From NCBI RefSeq assembly GCF_963921235.1, contig NC_086097.1:206028001-206092000 (forward strand): a stretch of DNA of 64,000 nucleotides. The letters run 5' to 3'. Both the position numbers and the translations under genes were made by a program. Source of the DNA: Mobula hypostoma. Taxonomy: Eukaryota. The notes below the pieces were generated by a model. That model was not told where the DNA came from, searched no databases, and saw only the letters and a program-made list of their open reading frames with translations. Shown here piece after piece: positions 23,581 to 35,902 of the stretch (position 1 is its first letter; each line of letters begins with the position of its first letter).

Positions 23581-26500
23581 TCAGTGAGTTAGACCGGCGG
23601 TAAAAATTTTAAAAGAGGTCATTTTTTCTTCAGCGGTTTGATTGAGGCACAACTGCACAGACGCATGGACATCAGCGAGTTAGACCAGTGGGAAGAATTT
23701 AAAAAGAAGGCAGCTTTACAGAGCAGGTTCTAGAGTAGGGGGAATCAGAGTAGGAGGGCTTTGGCTTAACAGGGCTTCGGCAATAACGGGTCAAGGCAAG
23801 GTAAGTTACTTGTGAAGAATAGGAATAGCAAGTAGGTCTGTGAGGTCGGTGTTCTGTACTGGGTGTAGGATGTGGGATGTCCAGGAGATCCCAGCCTCCT
23901 GGATGGCCACGTCTGCACTAGGTGTGTCGAGCTACAGGTCCTTAGGGACCGTGTTAGGGAACTGTAGATGCAGCTCAATGACCTTCACCTGGTCAGGGAA
24001 AGTGAGGAGGTGATAGAGAGGAGCTATAGACAGATAGTCACACTGGGGCCTCTGGAGACAGATAAGTGGGTAACAGTCAGGAGAGGGAAGGGTAAGAGTC
24101 AGATACTAGAGAGTACCCCTGTGGCTGTCCCCCTTAACAATAAGTACTCCTGTTAGAGTACTGTTGGGGGGGGGTGGAGGGACGACCCACCTGGGGGAAG
24201 CAACAGTGGCCGCACCTCTGGCACAGAGTCTGGCCTTGCGGCTCAGAAGAGTAGGGAAAAGAGGATGGCAGCAGTGATAGGGGACTCTATAGTTAGGGGG
24301 TCAGACAGGCGATTCTGTGGATGCAGGAAAGAAACACGGATGATAGTTTGCCTCCCAGGTAGCAAGGTCCAGGATGTTTCTGATTGCGTCCAGGATATCC
24401 TGAAGTGGGAAGGTGAACAACCAGAGGTCGTGGTACATATTGGTACCAATGACATAGGTAGGTAAAGAGAGGAAGTCCTGAAAACAGGCTACAGGGAGTT
24501 AGGAAAGAAGCCGAGAAGCAGGATCTCAAAGGTAGTAATCTTGGGATTACTGCCTGTGCCACGCGACGGTGAGTATAGGAATAGAATGAGGTGGAGGATA
24601 AATGTGTGGCTGAGAGATTGGAGCAGGTGCAGGGATTCAGATCTCTGGATCATTGGGACTTCTTTTGGAGCAGGAGTACAAAAAGGAAGGGTTGCACTTG
24701 AGTCTGAGGGGGACAAATATCCTGGCAGGGAGGTTTGCTAAGGCTGTTGGGGAGAGTTTAAACTAGAATTGCTGGGGGGTGGGAACCAAACTGAAGAGAC
24801 GAAGGAAGATGCATTTGGCTCACAAATAGAGAAAGCTTGTAGACAGTGTAAGAGAGAGAATAGGTAAGTGATAGAGAAAGGTAACGCTCAGACTGATGGT
24901 TTGAGATGTGTCTATTTTAATTCAAGGAGTATCATGAACGAAGCAGATGAGCTTAGAGCGTGGATCAGAACATGGAGCTAAGATGTTGTGGCGATTACAG
25001 AGACGGATAGTTCAGGGGCAGGAATGGCTACTTAGAGTGCTAAGCTTTAGATGTTTCAGAAAGGACAGGAAGGGGGGCAAAAGAGGTGGGGGTGTGGCAC
25101 TGCTGATCAGAAATAGTGTCATGGCTGCAGAAAAGGAGGAAGTCATAGAGGGATTGTCTACTGAGTCTCTGTAGGTAGAAGATGGGAACAGGAAAGGATC
25201 AATAACTCTACTGGGTGTTATTTGTAGACCACCCAATAGTAACACGGATATCGAGTAGCAGATAGGGAGACAGAATCTGGAAAGATGTATTAATAACAGG
25301 GTTCTCGTGGTGGGAGACTCTAATTTCCCCAATATTGATTGGCATCTCCCTAGAGCAAGGGGTTTAGATGGGGTGGAGTTCGTTAGGTGTGTTCAAGAAG
25401 TTTCCTGACACAATATGTAGATAAGCCTACAAGAGGAGAGGCTGTACTTGATCAGGTATTGGGAAATGAACCTGGCCAGGTATCAGGTCTCTCAGTGGGA
25501 GAGTATTTTGGAGATAATGATCACAGTTCTATCTCCTTTACCATAGCATTAGAGAAGGAAAGGAACAGACAAGTTCGGGAAACATTTAATTGGAGTAAGG
25601 GAAATATGAGGCTATCAGGCAGGAACTTGGAAGCATAAATTGGGAACAGATGTTCTCAGGGAAATGTATGGCAGAAATGTGACAAATGTTCAAGGGATAT
25701 TTGCATGGGTATTCTGCATAGGTACGTTCCAATGAAACAGGGAAAGGATGGTAGGGTACAGGAACTATGGTCTACAAAGGCTGTTGAAAATTTAGTCATG
25801 AAGAAAAGCTTACAAAAAGATCAAAAAACTAGGTAATGATAGAGATCTAGAAAATGAAATTAGGAGAGATAGGAGGGGCCATGAGAAGGCCTTGTCGAGC
25901 AGGATTAAGGAAAACCTCAAGGCATTCTACAAGTATGTGAAGAGCAAGTGGATAAGACATGAGAGAATAGGACCAATCGACTGTGAAAGTGGAAAAGTGT
26001 GTATGGAACTGGAGGAGACAGCACAGGTAATTAATGAATGCTCTGCTTCAGAATTCGCTATGGAAAAGGACCTTGGCTATTGTAGGGATGACTTACAGTG
26101 GACTGAAAAGCTTGAGCATATAGACATTAAGAAAGAGGATGTACTGGAGCTTTTGGAAAGCATCAAGTTGGATAAGTCACCGGGACCAGATGTGATCTAC
26201 CCCAGGCTACCATGGGAGGCTAGGGAGGAGATTGCTGAGCCTCTAGCAATGATCTTTCCATCATCAATGGGGATGGGAAAGGATCCAGAAGATTGGAAGG
26301 TGGCAGATGTTGTTCCCTTATTCAAGAAAGGGAGTAGAGGTAGCCCAAGAAATTATAGACCAGTGAGTCTTACTTCAGTGGTCGGTCAGATTGATAGAGA
26401 AGATCCTGAGAGTCAGGATTTATGAACATTTGGAGAGGGATAATATGATTAGGAGTAATCAACATGGCTTTGTCAAAGGCAGGACCTGCCTTATGAGCCT

Positions 26501-26770
26501 GATTTAATTTTGAGGATATGACTAATCACATTGATGAAGGTAGAGCAGTATATGGATTTCAGCAACGCATTTGAAAAGGTACCCCATGCAAGGCTTAGTC
26601 AGAAAGTAAGTAGGCATGGGATCCAAGGGGATCTTGCTTTGTGGATCCAGAATTGGCTTGCCCACAGAAGGCCAAGATTGGTTGTAGACTGGTCATATTC
26701 TGCATGGAGGTTGGTGACCAGTGGTGTGCCTCAGGGATCTGTTCTGGAACCCCTTCTCTTTGTGATTTTT
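23581..26770 (+). mobile_element. Near full-length CR1 LINE, 5' part (5' UTR, ORF1 Cys motif + SGNH esterase, ORF2 endonuclease and RT N-terminus)
   Basis: ORF 24265-24465 has VIGDSIVRG...VVVHIGTND (GDSL/SGNH esterase of CR1 ORF1). GGKRGGGVAL and NYRPVSLTS follow. It breaks after SGVPQGSVLEPLLFVIF. Confidence 0.92.
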
Positions 26771-26945
26771 TTTGTAATTTATTTTTTTAATTGAAATTCA
26801 GCATCATACAAACACTTCCATAAGATATCTTTCAGATACTGTATGTATGTATTCATGTCTGCCACAAATCTCCACATAGTATTTATCTGAGATATACACT
26901 TAAAAAGAAAGAAAAGAAAGAACAAACAAAAGGAAAACTATGTAC

Positions 26946-27335
26946 ATTTTGGCTGATAACAACCTACAAAGTTATATAAATCAGTGGTCCCCAACCTCTG
27001 GGCTGTGGACCGATACTGGACCGTGAAGCATGTGGGAGTGCAGTGGTAGCCGGAGCGCACCCAGCACATCTTTAAGAAAAAATCCGAAATAAACAAGCTA
27101 ATTAATTAGGTGCCGCCCAGAAGCCAGTCCTCATTAGAGGAACTGAGGTGGAGATGGTCAATAACTTTAAATTTTTCGGCATTAAGGATCGACGTTTCTC
27201 TCTCTGAAAAGTGTCAGAGGATCTGTCCTGGGACCAGCACGTAACTGTCATTACAAAGAAAGCATGGCAGCGCCTATACTTTATTAGAAGTTTGTGTAGA
27301 ATCGACATGTCACCTCGATCCTGACAGCCCTGTCT
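26946..27335 (-). repeat. 390-bp inverted duplicate of 29120-29509
   Basis: Reverse-complement identity along its length, with only a few substitutions seen. The same 68-aa translation appears in ORFs 27102-27308(-) and 29084-29353(+). Confidence 0.95.
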
Positions 27336-27902
27336 ATTGTTATTTTTTTTAACAATATAATCATTGATTTGAGAGAATAAAATCAGGCCTGTGGGGTGTT
27401 ATGTAATTGAACAATTTTTCCCAGTATGAATCAAATTGTTCCAATTTATGACTGACAGATGCTGATATCTTCTCCATTTTGTTAATGTCCATTGTAATTT
27501 CCATCCATACATTTAAAGTTGGGCTCTCCTGTGATAACCATTTCCTGGTAACAGTCTTTTTACCAGCCACCAGCAGCATACTCATTAAATATTTATCTCT
27601 TTTCAGCCATTCTGAGGTATATACCCAAAATATATGGTCTTACTTTCTCAGGGTATTTCACATTTAAAAATGTCTTATAGAGCATTGTGTATCCCACTCC
27701 AATAGTCTTTGATGACGGGGCAATCCCAGAAAATATGGAAATGGTTTGCATTTTAATTTCCACAATTTCTCTAGCAAAACAGGGAGGTTACTATCATAAT
27801 GGGATTTCTGAGCAGGTGTAATAAAATGTCTTATCAGGTTTTTCCACTCAAACTCCCTCCATTTCTGTGAACTGGCACACTTCCATTGATACCTCCATAT
27901 TA

Positions 27903-28171
27903 TGGGGGGACATCGCAAGCGATCGCTCTCACTGGAGGCCGGAACTACGCAGAGGTGTAAAAAGAGGAGAAGAGAAGCTGAAGCTTGCTGCTGAAGAAAA
28001 GCGCACTTGCCTGAAAAACGGCACCAAGACAACACTGGAGGACAGTGCCTTCAAGTGCAGTCGCTGCAGCCTAGACTGTCATTCCCGTGTGGGCCTCTAC
28101 AGCCACAACAGGCGCTGCAAGCAAGACTTTCCAGGCGCAGATCCATGGTCTCGCGAGACTAACGGATGCCA
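27903..28171 (+). mobile_element. RTE-clade LINE 3' end, inserted in the L1
   Basis: WGDIASDRSHWR...FKCSRCSLDCHSRVGLYSHNRRC resembles the RTE C-terminal zinc-finger region. The L1 frame (EEEWTI / IWRYQWK) resumes on both sides. CpG-rich. Confidence 0.8.
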
Positions 28172-28566
28172 CCAATGATTGTCCATTCTTCCTCTGATAT
28201 AGTTATCCTTCCTTCCTTCTCCCATTTTGTTTTAATGTATGAAGTCGAGTATGTTTTAAGATTTGACAGATCCTTACACACGCCTGAAATGATTCTACTA
28301 CCATTATCTGAATTAAATGCTTTTCTAAACAGTTTTATCAAACATTTACTTGCCTCGGTTACATTTTCACCCTATTAACACCATGTCGCATCTGCAAATA
28401 CTGATAAAAGTCTTGTTTTTCTAATAAGTGTTTCTCTTTAAGCATTTCAAAACTGAACAGTGTTCCTTCTTTCATTATATTGCATAGAACTGTTATTCCT
28501 TTAGCTGTCCAATCCTTAAATCTAGCATCCAGTTTATTCGGCGTAAAATCCGAGTCATATGCACAT

Positions 28567-28628
28567 ATATAACCATATAACAATTACAGCACAGAAACAG
28601 GCCATCTCGGCCCTTCTAGTCTGTGCCT
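28567..28628 (-). mobile_element. Very short CR1 3'-tail insertion in the L1
   Basis: ATATAACCATATAACAATTACAGCACAGAAACAGGCCATCTCGGCCC is the reverse complement of a CR1-type 3' hairpin plus octamer tail. Confidence 0.65.
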
Positions 28629-28733
28629 TTTGCATTTAAGAATTACAATATCTCCCTCTAGTTTATAATCTTTTATAATAGTTTTCCGTATTTTGATTCC
28701 ACTTCACCTGTGGGTTATCAATAGTGTTTATAT

Positions 28734-29473
28734 CAGTGGTCTTCAACCTCCGGGCCGTGGACCGATACCGGGCCACGAAGTATGCAAGAGTGCAGTGTTA
28801 GCTGGAGTGCATTCAGCATTAATTAGGTGCCGCCCAGCACGTAAATGTCGGCCCAGATCAGAGGCGACGCAATCGGCATTTATGTGCCGGGCAGCACCTA
28901 AGTGATTAGCTTATTTATTTCGCCTCTTTTCTTAAAGATGTGCTGGGTGCGTTCCGTCTACTGATGCACCACTGCATTCTTCATGCCAATGTATTCATCC
29001 ACGGCCCGGAGGTTGGGAACCACTGCTCTACGTGATGTTCACTCATCTTTCCAGGGCGCTGGAGCCTTTAGCTGTTCTATTGTTTGGTCAATTTAAACGC
29101 CAGCCCAGAGAGGCTGAAAAGACAGGGCTGTCAGGATCGAGGTGACATGTCGATTCTACACAAACTTCTAATAAAGTATAGGCGCTGCCATGCTTTCTTT
29201 GTAATGACAGTTACGTGCTGGTCCCAGGACAGATCCTCTGACACTTTTCAGAGAGAGAAACGTCGATCCTTAATGCCGAAAAATTTAAAGTTATTGACCA
29301 TCTCCACCTCAGTTCCTCTAATGAGGACTGGCTTCTGGGCGGCACCTAATTAATTAGCTTGTTTATTTCGGATTTTTTCTTAAAGATGTGCTGGGTGCGC
29401 TCCGGCTACCACTGCACTCCCACATGCTTCACGGTCCAGTATCGGTCCGCAGCCCAGAGGTTGGGGACCACTA
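28734..29473. mobile_element. Composite non-autonomous hAT element (MITE + captured DNA + half MITE)
   Basis: Ends are CAGTGGTCTTCAACC and GGTTGGGGACCACT(A). 8-bp TSD GTTTATAT / ATTTATGT. An internal TIR ends at 29025. A LINE RT-like fragment lies inside at ~29140-29335. Confidence 0.8.
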
Positions 29474-30987
29474 ATTTATGTAACTTTGTAGGTTGTTATC
29501 AGCCAAAATTGCCTGTATGGGGATGGAAGGTATCTTCTCTTCGATGTTTTTCCATTGAGCGTCATATAATGGGTTGCACCAGCATATCACAGCTCTCATC
29601 TGTGCTGCAAAATAATAATCTCGAAGAGAAGGTAGGCCCCATCCCCCCTTTTCCTTGGCTAATTGCAAAGTTTTGAGACAAACTCTAGGTCTTTTACTTT
29701 GCCATATGTACCTTGATAACATTTTGTGCCATTCATTGAATTGATTTTGGTTAATCTCTATTGATAGGGCCTGAAAGAGATAGAATAGTCTGGGCAATAT
29801 ATTCATTTTAATGGATTCAATCCTTGAACTGAGAGTAAAGAAAGGAATTAGATTCCATCTTGTTATGTCTTCCTTAATTTTTTAATATATAGGCAAATAA
29901 TTGCATTCTGTTTAATTTTGCCAAATATTTTGGCATGATGATGCCCAAGGTCTTGAAAGACTCTACATGCCATGCCAAGGGATATCTACTTCCAATTTCT
30001 CTTGATGGGCTATAGTTATATGAAAGTAATTGGGTTTTATCTATGTTGATCTTGTATCCTGATAATTGACCATATTGTTCAAAGCATTGCATCAGTTTAG
30101 GTAAAGAGTATGTTGGTTGCCCTAGATAGATCAAAATGTCAATGATCAATAACAGGCCAATTTATGTCCTGTCCCTTTAATAGTAATTCCCCAGATATCT
30201 TCATTTTGTCTGATTGAGCTAGTGGTTCCAGATACAATGCGAAGAGTAGCGGTGACCATGCACAACCCTGTCTTGAGCTCCTTTCTAGGGTAAAACTATT
30301 TGATAGATATCCATTGATTTTAATCCTAGCAGTGGGATTGTCATATAGTACCTGCATAGTTTTAATAATTGTGTCATGTAAAACAAATCTATGTAAAACT
30401 CTATAGAGAAAATTCCAATTAACCGAATCAAGTGCGTTTTCAGCATCCACGCTTATCACTATTGCTTTAATTTTATTTCTTTGTATATAATCCATAAGTG
30501 TAGTGTCCCTCGTATATTGTCGTGTGTTTGGCGTTGTTGTATAAAACCTGTCTGATCATTATGTATCAGTATGGGTAGAAACTCTTCTAATCCTTTCTAA
30601 TGATGGAGGTAAATATTCTATAATCCACATTAAGAACAGGTACTGGTCTAAATAACCCACATTCCACTTTATCCTTGCCTTCTTTCGGTATAGCTGAGAT
30701 TATCGCCTCCTTCCAGCTGGGTGGTGTTTGCGCCTTTTTTAGAGCCCAGTTCAATGTGGGGAGTAAAACAGGAATTAACTCATTTTTAAATTCTTTACAC
30801 CACTCTGTCATATAACCATCTGATCCTGGTGACTTACTTAATTTAAGCCTGCTAATTGCAGTTTTTAGTTCAGCTTCAGTTATGTCAGCAGTCATCGTTC
30901 TATTTTGTTCTTTGTTTAAAGTGGATAACTCTAGAGAATTCAGGTAGGTGTCAATTTGGGTTATGCTTCCCCCAGAACTTTAGAATA

Positions 30988-32688
30988 CAGGTTTCCCCCG
31001 CCATCCGAAGGTAGAGCGTTCCTATGAAACAGTTCATAAGCCAGAATGTCGTAAAGCAAAGAAGCAATTACCATTTATTTATATGGAAAAATTTTGTGAG
31101 CGTTCTCAGACCGAAAAATAACCTACCAAATCATGCCAAATAACACATACAACCTAAGATAACAGTAACATATAGTAAAGGCAGGAATGATATGATAAAT
31201 ACACAGCCTATATAAAGTAGAAATACTTTTCCACAATCATTGCCTGCACTGTTGTCCATGGCGAAAATCTCACGCAAGCGCTGTCGGCAAAAACATGGCA
31301 CAAGCGCTCTCAGCAGAAAATCTCACGCAAGCCCTGTTGGCAAAAACACTCTCTCCAGTAACCTTTAAGCTATGAAGCTGCCAAATCATTCCAAATAACA
31401 CTTAAAAATACACAGCCTATATAAAGTAGAAATAATGTATGTACAGTGTAGTATCACTTAAGGGAATCGGGAAGACAGCGCAGAGCACACTGATGATGGT
31501 GTGTTAGACTGAGTCGTCGGAGGTTGGGGTGGTACAGTGGCCCCCACACTCCAGGCCGCCGACCGATACCGATCCGCGAAGCAAGCAGTGGTACAGCAGT
31601 CGGCGGGAGGCACACAGCACGTCTTTAAGAAAAAAGCCGAAGTAAACATGCTAATTAATTAGGTGCCACCCGGCACCTAATTATCGGCCCAGATCAGAGG
31701 CGATTGCCAATTGCATCGCCTCTGATCTGGGCCGACAATTACGTGCCGGGTGGCACCTAATTAATTAGCATGTTTATTTTGGCTTTTTTCTTAAAGATGT
31801 GCTGGGTGCGTCCCGGCTACCGCTGCATTCTTCGCAGATCAGTATCTGTCCGCGGCCTGGGGGTTGGGGTGGTGGGACATTGCGGTGTCATCTCATCATC
31901 GTCTGTTTCCATCAGGGCAGGCAGCTCATCTTCTCCTATGACTGCCCGCCTCAATGTCAAAGGTCGAGGTTCGTCGTCTGCTGTGGCTGATGTGGAAGGT
32001 TTGAAAAATGACAGTATGCTTGACTGCTGAGCCTTGCGCACTTTTCTATCATAGTTCTTTGTAAGCACTCAAACTATCTTGCAAACATGCCCTAAACTGA
32101 TGTACCCTTTCAAAATTAAAGTCGTACTTCATCATTGCAGCGAAAATCTCACGCAGTTGCTTCACAATCAGTTCCTGGACAACTTCACTTTCGGTCCGTT
32201 CGCTACTTCATTTGGTTTCAATTGTTATCCTTTCCTCTTCCAATTGCATCAGCTCTTCATCTATCAGTTCTTGGTCATGGGATGCCAAAACCTCTTCAAC
32301 ATCATCTTCGTCAACTTCCACAATCCAAACTCACTTTGTCCTTGCTTCGTTCACCACGATCGAAACGCTTAATTATGTCTAGTTTTACGCTAAGTGTAAC
32401 ACCCTTACGAGCTCTTTTAGGCTTTTCCAATACCTTAGAACTCATCTTGCAAATGGCTGCTCACAGGCATGTATTTAAGCAATGCCGGCAAGAATGCCGT
32501 TCTGAATCCGGGGGAGAGCGGCTGCTCGGGGTGCGCGCTGATTTTTTTTGCACGCTGCTTTTTTTCGCGCGCAGCCTTTTTTCGTAACAGTGAAAACACC
32601 TTCTGTTAGCAAAAACAGGGAACAAATGTAGGCCTTTCATAACAGTGAGGTTTCATAAAGCGAACGTTCGAAAAGCGGGGGACACCTG
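30988..32688 (-). mobile_element. Tigger/pogo-like deletion derivative, copy 1
   Basis: TA|CAGGTTTCCCCCGC ... GCGGGGGACACCTG|TA. The minus strand encodes an N-terminal RKGVTLSVKLDIIKRFDRGE motif joined to an acidic C-terminal region ending QSSILSFFKP. No DDE domain. Confidence 0.9.
31535..31869. mobile_element. Palindromic hAT MITE nested in Tigger copy 1
   Basis: Starts CAGTGGCCCCCA. It is a long fold-back centred at ~31708. The right TIR is partly deleted. Homologous to 60199-60531 and 28734-29025. Confidence 0.8.
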
Positions 32689-32710
32689 TATAGAGTTTTG
32701 TAAAATACTT

Positions 32711-33572
32711 CAAAGGTTCAGGGTGTTGTGGATAGTGTGGAGGGCTGTCAGAGGTTACAGCGGGACTTCGATAGGATGCAAAATAGGGCTGAGAAGTGGC
32801 AGATAAAGTTCAACCCAGATAAGTGTGAGGTGGTTCATTTTGGTAGGTCAAATATGATGGCAGAATATAGTATTAATGGTAAGACTCTGGGCAGTGTGAG
32901 TGTCAGACCGATCTTGGGGTCTGTGTCCATAGGACACTCAAAGCTGCTATGCAGGAAAACTTTGTGGTTAAGAAGGCATACAGTGCATTGGCCTTCCTCA
33001 ACCTTGGGATTGAGTTCAAGAGTGAAGAGGTAATGTTACAGCTATATAGGACCCTGGTCAGACACCACTTGGAGTACTATGTTCAGTTCTGGTCATCTCA
33101 CTATTGGAAGGATGTGGAAACTATAGAAAGGGTGCAGAGGTTTACAAGGATGTTGCCTTGATTGGGGAGCATGCCTTATCAAGAGTAGCTTGAGTGAACT
33201 TGGCCCTCCTTGGAGCGACTGAGGTTGAGAGGTAACCTGATAGAGTTGTATAAGGTGATGAGAGGCATTGATCATGTGGATAGTCAGAGGCTTTTACCCG
33301 GGGCTGAAATGTCTAAGGTGCTTGGAAGTAGGTACAGAAGGGATGTCAGGGATAAGATTTTTTACGCAGAGAGTAGTGAGTGCGTGGAATGGACCGTTAG
33401 CAACTGTGGTGGAGGCAAATACAATGGGATCTTTTAAGAGATTCCTGGATAGGTACATGGTACTTCGAAAATTAGATGGTAACCCTAGGTAATTTCTAAA
33501 GTAAGTACATGTTTGGCACAGCATTGTGGGCCGGAGGGCCTGTATTGTGCTGTAGGTTTTTCTATGTTTTCT
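32711..33572 (+). mobile_element. CR1 LINE 3' part, probable continuation of 23581-26770
   Basis: Resumes at CAAAGGTT..GGTGTTGTGGATAGT, just after the expected FADD motif. ORFs contain KFNPDKCEVVHFG and LVRHHLEYYVQFW. Tail is TTTTCTATGTTTTCTA. Confidence 0.88.
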
Positions 33573-33584
33573 AGGTTTTTTTAT

Positions 33585-35902
33585 ACCATCCTTACACATC
33601 TGGAAAAGAAGGATGCTTATGCGAGAATGCTGTACTTGGACTACAGTTCAGCATTCAACACCTAAATTCCTTCCAGGCTAGGCAGGAAGCTCAGAGACCA
33701 TGGCCTTGAGCCTGCCTTGTGCAGCTGGATTCTAGACTTCCTGTCAGATCACTGTCAGGTGGTAAGTATGGGGTCCCTCACCTCCACCTGCCGATTCTCA
33801 ACACAGAAATCCCTTAGGGTTGAGTACTAAGTCCCCTCCTTTACTCCCTGTATACCCGTGACTCTGTCGCCACCCACAGTTCTAATCTTCTAATTAAATT
33901 TGCAGACGACACTATATTGATTGGCCTAATCTCAAACAATAACGAGGTGGCCTACAAGGAAGAAATTATCTCTCTGATACAGTAGTGTCAAGAAAACAAC
34001 CTCTCCTTCAATGCTGCCAAAACAAAGGAGCTGGTTGTGGATTACAGAACGAATGAAGACGGGCTAATCCATATTAACATCAATGGATCTGGGGTAGAGG
34101 GGGTAAACAGCTTTAAGCTCCTCAGTGTCCACATCACCGAGGTCCTCATGTTGTCTGTACACACCAGCTGTGTGTTGAAAAAGGAACAACAGTGCCTCTT
34201 TCACCTCAGACGGTTGAGAAAGTTTGGTATGGGCCCCCAAATCTCAAGAAATTTCTGCAGGGCCTGTTGCACAATTGAGAGCATCCTGACTGGCTGCATC
34301 ACCACCTTGTATGGGAACTGTACCTCCCTTAATCGCAGGATTCTGCAGAGAGAGGTGCGGACAGCCCAACACATCTGTAGTTGTGAACTTCCCATAATTC
34401 AGGACATTTCCAAAGTCAGGTGTGAAAAAGGGGGCTCGAAGGATCATTGAGGACCCAAGTCGCGCCCCCCCCCCACCCCAACCACAAACTATTCCAGCTG
34501 CTACCATCTGGGAAAGAGTACCACAGCATAAAAGCCAGGATCAACAGGCTCTGGGACAGCTTCTTCTGCCAGGCCATCAAACTGCTCATCTCACGCTGAT
34601 CTGAGTGTATTTCTATGTTATATTGACTGTTTTATTTATTATAAATTATTAAATTGGGTAAAATTGGAGCACATGGTATTGGGGGTAGGGTACTGACTTG
34701 GAAGGAAAATTTCTTGGCAGACAGGAAACAAAGAGTAGGGATTAACGGGTCCTTTTCAGAATGGCAAGCAGTGACTAATGGGATACCACAAGGCTTGGTG
34801 CTGGGACCGCAGCTATTTACACTATACATTAATGATTTAGATGAAGGGATTAAAAGTAACATTAGCAAATTTGCAGATGACACAAAGCTGTGTGGCAGTG
34901 TGAAATGTGAGGAGGATGTGATGAGAATGCACAGTGACTTGGACAGGTTGGGTGAGTGGGCAGATGCATGGCAGATGCAGTTTAATGTGGATAAATGTGA
35001 GGTTATCCACTTTGGTGGCAAGAACAGGAAGGCAGATTACTATCTGAATGGTGTCAAGTTAGGAAAATGGGAAGTACAACGAGATCTAGGTGTCCTTGTT
35101 CATCAGTCACTGAAAGTAAGCATGCAGGTACAGCAGGCAGTGAAGAAAGCTAATGGCATGCTGGCCTTCATAACAAGGGGAGTTGAGTATAGAAGCAAGG
35201 AGGACCTTCTGCAGTTGTACAGGGCCCTGGTGAGACCGCACCCAGAGTATTGTGTGCAGTTTTGTTCTCCAAATTTGAGGAAGGACATTCTTGCTATTGA
35301 GGGAGTGCAGCGTTGGTTCACGAGGTTAATTCCCGGGATGGCGGGACTGTCATATGTTGTAAGATTAGATTGACTGGGCTTGTATACACTGGAATTTAGA
35401 AGGATGAGAGGTGATCTGATTGAAACATGTAAGATTATTAAAGGATTGGACACGCTAAAGGCAGGAAACATGCTCCCGATGTTGGGGGAGTCCAGAACCA
35501 CAGAATAAGAATAAGGGGTAGAGGAAACGGAGTTGAGGAAAAACTTTTTCACCCAGAGAGTTGTGGATCTGTGGAATGTAGTGGAATGCTCTGCCTGAGA
35601 AGGCAGTGGAGGCCAATTCTCTGGATGCTTTCAAGAAAGAGTTAGATAGAGCTCTTAAAGATAGTGGAGTCAAGGGATATGTGGAGAAGGCAGGAACGGG
35701 GTACTGATTGTGGATGATCAGCCATGATCACAATGAATGGCGGTGCTGGCTCAAAGGGCCGAATGGCCTACTCCTGCACCTATTGTCTGTTGTCTATTAT
35801 AAATTACTATGATTGCATATTGCACCTTTAGACGGAGACATAATGTAAAGATTTTAACTCCTCATGTATGTGAAGGATGTAAGAAATAAAGTCAATTTAA
35901 TT
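33585..35902 (+). mobile_element. Rex1/Babar-clade LINE, interrupted in its 3' UTR by a CR1
   Basis: Motifs DYSSAFNT, KFADDT, KTKELVVD and QQCLFHLRRLRKF. The 3' UTR resumes at ~35795 and ends AATAAAGTCAATTTAATT. Confidence 0.85.
34649..35794 (+). mobile_element. CR1 LINE, 5'-truncated, with TSD
   Basis: 239-aa RT ORF 34654-35373 (GIPQGLVLGP, KFADDTK). Tail is TATTGTC-like repeats. Flanked by TATTATAAATTA at 34637-34648 and 35795-35806. Confidence 0.95.

Larger units (their letters stand above)
26765..32710 (-). mobile_element. L1-clade LINE, 5'-truncated, inserted in the CR1 and itself interrupted by several insertions
   Basis: Minus ORFs show KSPGSDGY, ISVDAENALDSVNW, RQGCAWSPLLFAL, SGYKINIDKT, ILPRLFYLFQ and KGGWGLPSL. 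An A-rich tail with AATAAA lies at ~26765-26790 on the minus strand. Confidence 0.9.
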
